64,000 bases of DNA from the human T2T-CHM13v2.0 reference genome, Homo sapiens. How positions within the stretch are numbered: position 1 is the stretch's first letter; the number at the start of each line of letters is the position of its first letter. The notes beneath the pieces were generated by a model. It did no database searches and was not told the origin of the DNA. It saw nothing but the letters and a program-made list of their open reading frames with translations. A program made the translations under genes and the position numbers. This document shows positions 55,621 through 64,000 of this stretch, piece after piece. The stretch lies in assembly GCF_009914755.1 (NCBI RefSeq), contig NC_060935.1, one strand, 5' to 3'.

Positions 55621-55963
55621 TAGGGGTCCACAACCCCTGGGCTGTGGACAGTACTGGTCTGCTGCCTGTTAGGAACCAGGCCGCACAGCAGGAGTTGAGC
55701 CGCGGGCGAGTGAGTATTATTGCCTGAGCTCCACCTCCTGTCAGATCAGCAGCGGTATTAGATTCTCAAGGAGCATGAACTCTACTGTGAACTGCGCATA
55801 CGAGGGATCTAGGTTGCATGCACCTTATGAGAATCTAACTAATGCCTGATGATCTGAGGTGGAAAAATTTCATCCCGAAACTATTCCCACCCCAACCCTG
55901 GTCTGTGGAAAAATGGTCTTCCATGAATGCAGTCCCTGGTGCCAAAAAGGTTGAGGACTGCTA
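55621..55963. mobile_element. MER1B-like hAT DNA transposon
   Basis: AGGGGTCCACAACCCC...AGGAACCAGGCCGCACAGCAGGAG...GGTGCCAAAAAGGTTGAGGACTGC. Confidence 0.8.
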
Positions 55964-56144
55964 CAGCAGGGTGAATAGACATACGAACAAATGAGTCTGT
56001 TGTCAGCTGCTTAGGTTTGTATTGTATCGTCATTGTGTGGCCCAGCATGAATGTGAGTGACCTGTTAACTTCCCTCATCTGCAAGTAGTTTTCTTATTCC
56101 CGGATAGACTAAGCTTGACTTCAGACAATAGCAGTTAAAAATGC

Positions 56145-59390
<3,246 letters not shown>

Positions 59391-59541
59391 TCATGGCCTG
59401 TGGGGCTGGCCTGCCTCATCAGCCATGTTAAGAATATAGTTAGCCATATCATCTTCAGTGGGTGCATCTGATACCACCCAAGATTCATTTGCTCCAGTCA
59501 TCTGTAGGCGACAAATAGGGCAATTCCTGTGTCGATCACTC
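59391..59541 (-). CDS. RNF141: RNF141 last exon, coding part
   Basis: taatag|GAGTGATCGACAC...; (W)[49 protein letters not shown]. Confidence 0.93.
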
Positions 59542-60714
59542 CTATTAGAGAAGTCAAAACAAAACAGTTTGCTTTCTTCTTTTTTAAAAACAGGATTTTA
59601 TTTAAAGTAATACATGCACATGGCTTTTAAAAAGGAAATAGCATAGAAATACATAGTGAAAAATAAATCCCTCCCTCCTATCTCAATCTTCAATTCTCTT
59701 TCCCAGGGGCAACCACAGTTACCAGTTTCTTATATATTCCTCCAGAGATAGACTAAGCTGGATTAAGCTTATGTGTACACACATGCACGCACGTGCACAC
59801 ACACATTTCTCCACTTGTCAATATATCTTACAGACTAGTATGTATCAGCACCTGTTAGAGCTGTTTATTCTTTTTAACATACACTGTATCGCTATGCCAT
59901 AATTTGTTTAACTAGTCTCCTGCAGAAGGACATTTAGTTTTTTTTCCCATCTTTTGTTGCTACCAACAATGCAGCAATTCGCATCCCCATACCTAAACAG
60001 GTAAAGTATTCCTTTATAATAAAAATTCCTTCTGAGTCCCAAGAGGAAATTCCCTCGCATCAATGGAAGATTTGGTCAAAGTGTCAAGTATAAATGCTTA
60101 TTCGTGATTATTTAAATGGAAGCCATTACTCTAGGAATAACTTCTTGGCAGTGGCAGGGGAATATGACAAGAAGAAAGGATATTATTAATTATTTTTCTA
60201 AGAAATATCTACATGACTTTCAACAATATATCTACCTGTTGCTTGCTTAAAGGTCTGAAAAAATTCCTATGGCTCATAAGCAACAGGAAGACTTATATAA
60301 AAATGGAGCATACAAAGTTAAAAGATAAACTTTACATGCACAGTAATTTTTCTGGCAGGGGAAGAACTCATATATGATCACTTAAATAAGATTATGTTTT
60401 CGAAAAGGATTTTTTTCTGGTCAAACATTATTTTGGTAATTTAAAAAATACCGTATTTGAGCCAGAGACATATTATGCAGAGAAAAATGTTTTTCTTTTC
60501 ATCTCTCAGTGAAATCTGGGACCAAAGTAATTATTTGTATCAACTGCTCTTTGGCTTTTATGCAAAAATTTAGAACTCTGTTCCAAAAACTAAATGTGAA
60601 AGCTACAGCTGGCATATATTATTTAGGTTGATTTCTAGTTCTTCAGAGATATTTTACAAGATAATTATATGTATGCTCTTCTGTGCACAAAACATCACAA
60701 TTTAAAAATAGTCA

Positions 60715-63065
60715 ACTTCTGTTTCCAACCAACAGAGGCTAGATTTATCTTCCCACCTAAAATTACTAAAACAATGGTTTCATACAATCTTTCAAATAAA
60801 GCACTGGCCATCAGACAACAAAGGACAGTGATCCCTGGGACATGGGAGTCAAAGAAGGTGAGACCTATACTTGCCTCAGCTTACAGCCTCGAGAGTTTCT
60901 AGCCCCTGATCAAGAAGCGGGAAGCTTGATGGAACATGGCAAACTCCCTGAGCTGAACACACAGAGCTGAGAATCTTGGGGGGCCAAACAGCTAGGGTTT
61001 ACAGGGCAGGGTAATGGAAAGCTGCACAGAGGGAAAATTCCAGAGGTCTACGGAAGTGTCCCCGCCAGAATACTCAGCAGAGTGCTGATCAGTGTGTGCA
61101 TGTGAAGACACTACCGAGGCTGAACAATCAATCAAAGGGCTTTGAGGGGATAGTCCCCTAAAGCTCACTGGGCCTGGGATACTGCCTGTTTCACCAGCCA
61201 GACTGGAAAACCTCATAACTCTTGGGGTATCAGTAGAGTTCTCTAAAGGGTCTTGCTATTAGTGGGACATAATTAGTTCTAAACTAAATACTGCTCTGGT
61301 CCTGCCTAACAAATCACAAAAGCAAGATCCAAAAGAATCAAACTGTTTCCAAGTCACTTAACTATAGTCCAGAAAAAAAGCTCAAGAATATTCATAGGAA
61401 TACAAAAATATCCAATACCCAAAAAGGTAAAATTCACAAAGTCTGCCACAAAGTCTGGCATCCAGTTGAGAACTACCAGACATACAAAAAAGCAGCAGAA
61501 AAATATAATCTATAATAAAGAGAAAAATCAATCATAACCACCCAGAACTAACACAGATATTAGAATTAGCAGATAAAATGGAAAGTTATTATAGCTATAT
61601 TCTATATAGTTAAAAAACTAGAGGAAAGCTCAAAGATAGTAAGAAGAGACATGAAAGATAATAAAAACCCAAATCAAACTTCTAGAAATGAAAATTATCT
61701 GAGGTTAAAAAAATACACTGGATAGAATTAATGGCAAGTTAGACATTGAAGAAAAATGGTGAATATGAAAAGAGATAGCAATAGTAGCTATCCAGGATGA
61801 AACCCAGAGAAAGACTCAAAAAAGAAAGAAAAAAATAGCACCAGTGAGCTGTGAGACAACTTCAAGTGGGCTAATACATGGTAATTGGAATCACAGGAGA
61901 GGGGAGAGAAGATAGAAAAAAATCTGAAAAAATAATGGCTGAAAAATTTCCAAATTTGATGACACCGTAAATCAACAAATCCAAGAAGCTCAATAAACCC
62001 CAAGCACAAGAAACATGAAAAAACTACTCTAAGGCACATCATAATCAAAGTGCTCAAAACCAGTGAAAAGAAAACAACCTTAAAAACAGAGGGAAAAAAT
62101 GGCACATTACCTACAGAGGAAAAAAGGATGACAGAGTTCTCATTAGAAACAATGCAAACAAGATGAGTGTGAAGCAACATTATTAACATACTGAAAGAAA
62201 AGATACTCTCAAGTCTAGAATTCTGAATCAGAAAAAAAGTCTTTGAAAAATGATATTCGGACATTCAAGAAGAGCCTATGGAATCTACAAAAATACTACC
62301 AGAACTGATACATGAGTTTAATAAGGGCGCAGGATACAAGGTTGATATACAAATATCTATTGTATTTCCATATACTAGTATCAATCATAAATTGAAATTT
62401 TAAATACCATTTAAAATAGCATAAAACTATGAAATACTTGGGGATAGATGTCAAAGATATGCAACACTGAAAACTAAAAAAATTGGTGACAGAAATTAAA
62501 GAAGACCTAAATAAGTGGAGAAATATACAGCGTATGTGGATAGGAAGATGCACTAGTAAGAAATTCACTCTCCCTAAATTGATATATTTATTCAATGCAA
62601 TCTCATATGCTGCTAGTGGGGGTGTAAAATGGCACAAGACTGCTTTGGAAAATAGCTGGCAGCTTTTTAAAAAGTTAAACACACACATACCATATGATCT
62701 AGCCATTCCATGTCTAGGTATTCACCCAAGAAAAAAACCAAAATACATCCATAAAATGACTTGTCCATGAATGTATCTAGTACCTTTATTTTGTAATAGA
62801 TAAATATGGAAAACAATCTAATTTCCCTCAATAGGTGAATAAACAAGCTATGGTATCTACATAACAGACATTACTCAGCAATAAAAAGGCATGAACTATT
62901 GATACATGCTACAACATGAATAAATACCAAGGTAATTAGACTGAATGAAAGAAGCCAGACAAAAAAAGCACATATTATATGATTCCATTTATAAAAATTC
63001 ATAACTTTTATGGGTGTGTATATATGCCAAAACATATTAAACTGTACATTAAATACATGTAGTTT
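60715..63065 (+). mobile_element. Old fragmented L1M (5'/ORF1 and 3' pieces), antisense in RNF141 intron
   Basis: A-rich L1 ORF1/ORF2-like tracts; ORF 62483..62770 resembles L1 ORF2 C-terminus. Confidence 0.75.
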
Positions 63066-63506
63066 ACTGTATGTATTTTATAAATTATCCTAAACGCTCA
63101 AGTCTTATTTTGTAAAATAATGAACTTGACTAGCTGATCTCTAAAGTTCCCTGAGGTCCAGTATTCAAGAATTTATTCCTTCTAAACACATACACAGAAT
63201 AAATGTAGAAATGAGGAGAAAAAAAGGAGGAAAAAGGGAAATGTTTGATTTTAGACTTCAGTCAGGCACAGATTTTCATACAGCAAAAGAAAAGTGTCAA
63301 AACTAAGGTACACCCCCATATTTAATAAATGTTAGGTGTAAACAAAAATAGTTTTAACCAGTAGAAGGCATGCCATAAAATTCAAAGTACTAAAGAATAA
63401 AATCTCTCTCATACTTAACTACAGTATTTTTGCACTTTTCAAAGTTTATTCATGTACACTATCCCACTGACCTTGGCCCAGCCCATGAATGCAGTAGGTA
63501 ACTTAC

Positions 63507-63614
63507 CATTTATCAATACACTTCTGACAAAAGCTGTGAGCACAAGGCAGGATGAGGTCAGCCCGCCCATCCATACAGATACAACACTCCTCCTCATCGG
63601 TCAGCTGCTTCACC
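63507..63614 (-). CDS. RNF141: RNF141 penultimate exon (C3HC4 RING finger)
   Basis: ttgcag|GGTGAAG...GATAAATG|gtaagt; [35 protein letters not shown](W); phase 2 joins the last exon. Confidence 0.93.
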
Positions 63615-64000
63615 CTGCAATGTGAAAACTGAGCTGAAACAATTATATTCTCTGTCATTATGCTTTATACTTTTTGTTGCTTTAAAAAGCATTATTAAAC
63701 ATCTATATGCCCACAGTATAAAGCACAATATGACTCATGTGCAAAATCAGACTAAAATTAATATTATCTTTTAGGGATAGCAAATATATTAGGGAAAAAG
63801 TATTAAGAGGGCTACATTTCATAAAGAAAGACTAGATAAAAGATACATTTTGTGATAAAGAAAACATAGGCAAAAGTGGAAATAGTCAAATCTTTCTGGA
63901 AACAATTTAGCCCATTTTAATCATATTGGACTTAAATAAACAAATTTAACCGATATAGTTATTGCATTAAAGACAGAGATACGGTCTGAGAAACTCATTG

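Noticed and set aside
61435-61459. 12-bp tandem duplication CACAAAGTCTG(C/G) in old L1M
   Set aside because: Ordinary slippage in a dead repeat.

Overview
This is human (primate) genomic DNA, recognisable as the AMPD3 - MTRNR2L8 - RNF141 locus (chr11p15, from recall). On the + strand lies AMP deaminase 3: alternative first exon 1c (ATG 886) and coding exons 2-15 (6016-50359). The exons splice in phase through GT-AG junctions to a 2304-nt, 767-aa ORF with intact Zn/catalytic motifs, and the 3'UTR ends near AATAAA 52033. On the - strand are the last two RING-finger exons and long 3'UTR of RNF141. Between the two convergent 3' ends is a ~2.45-kb mitochondrial insertion (NUMT, 52362-54811): D-loop/HSP1 end, tRNA-Phe, 12S, tRNA-Val and 5' 16S. 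It carries the humanin-like-8 ORF and MIR4485, plus an intact MOTS-c-like ORF (P12F) on the - strand and SHLP5/4/3-like ORFs on the + strand. Introns hold a full-length dead L1PA with nested AluS and AluYa5, about 15 Alus, several LTRs and DNA-transposon relics. The best leads are (1) the NUMT as a bidirectional mito-peptide cassette reachable by read-through from both neighbours, (2) an LTR inserted between the ancestral branch point and the acceptor of AMPD3 exon 4, (3) a ~125-bp direct repeat flanking exon 3, and (4) several retrotransposition and template-switch scars. Reference sequences (mtDNA, repeat consensi, isoforms) are compared from memory, not by alignment.
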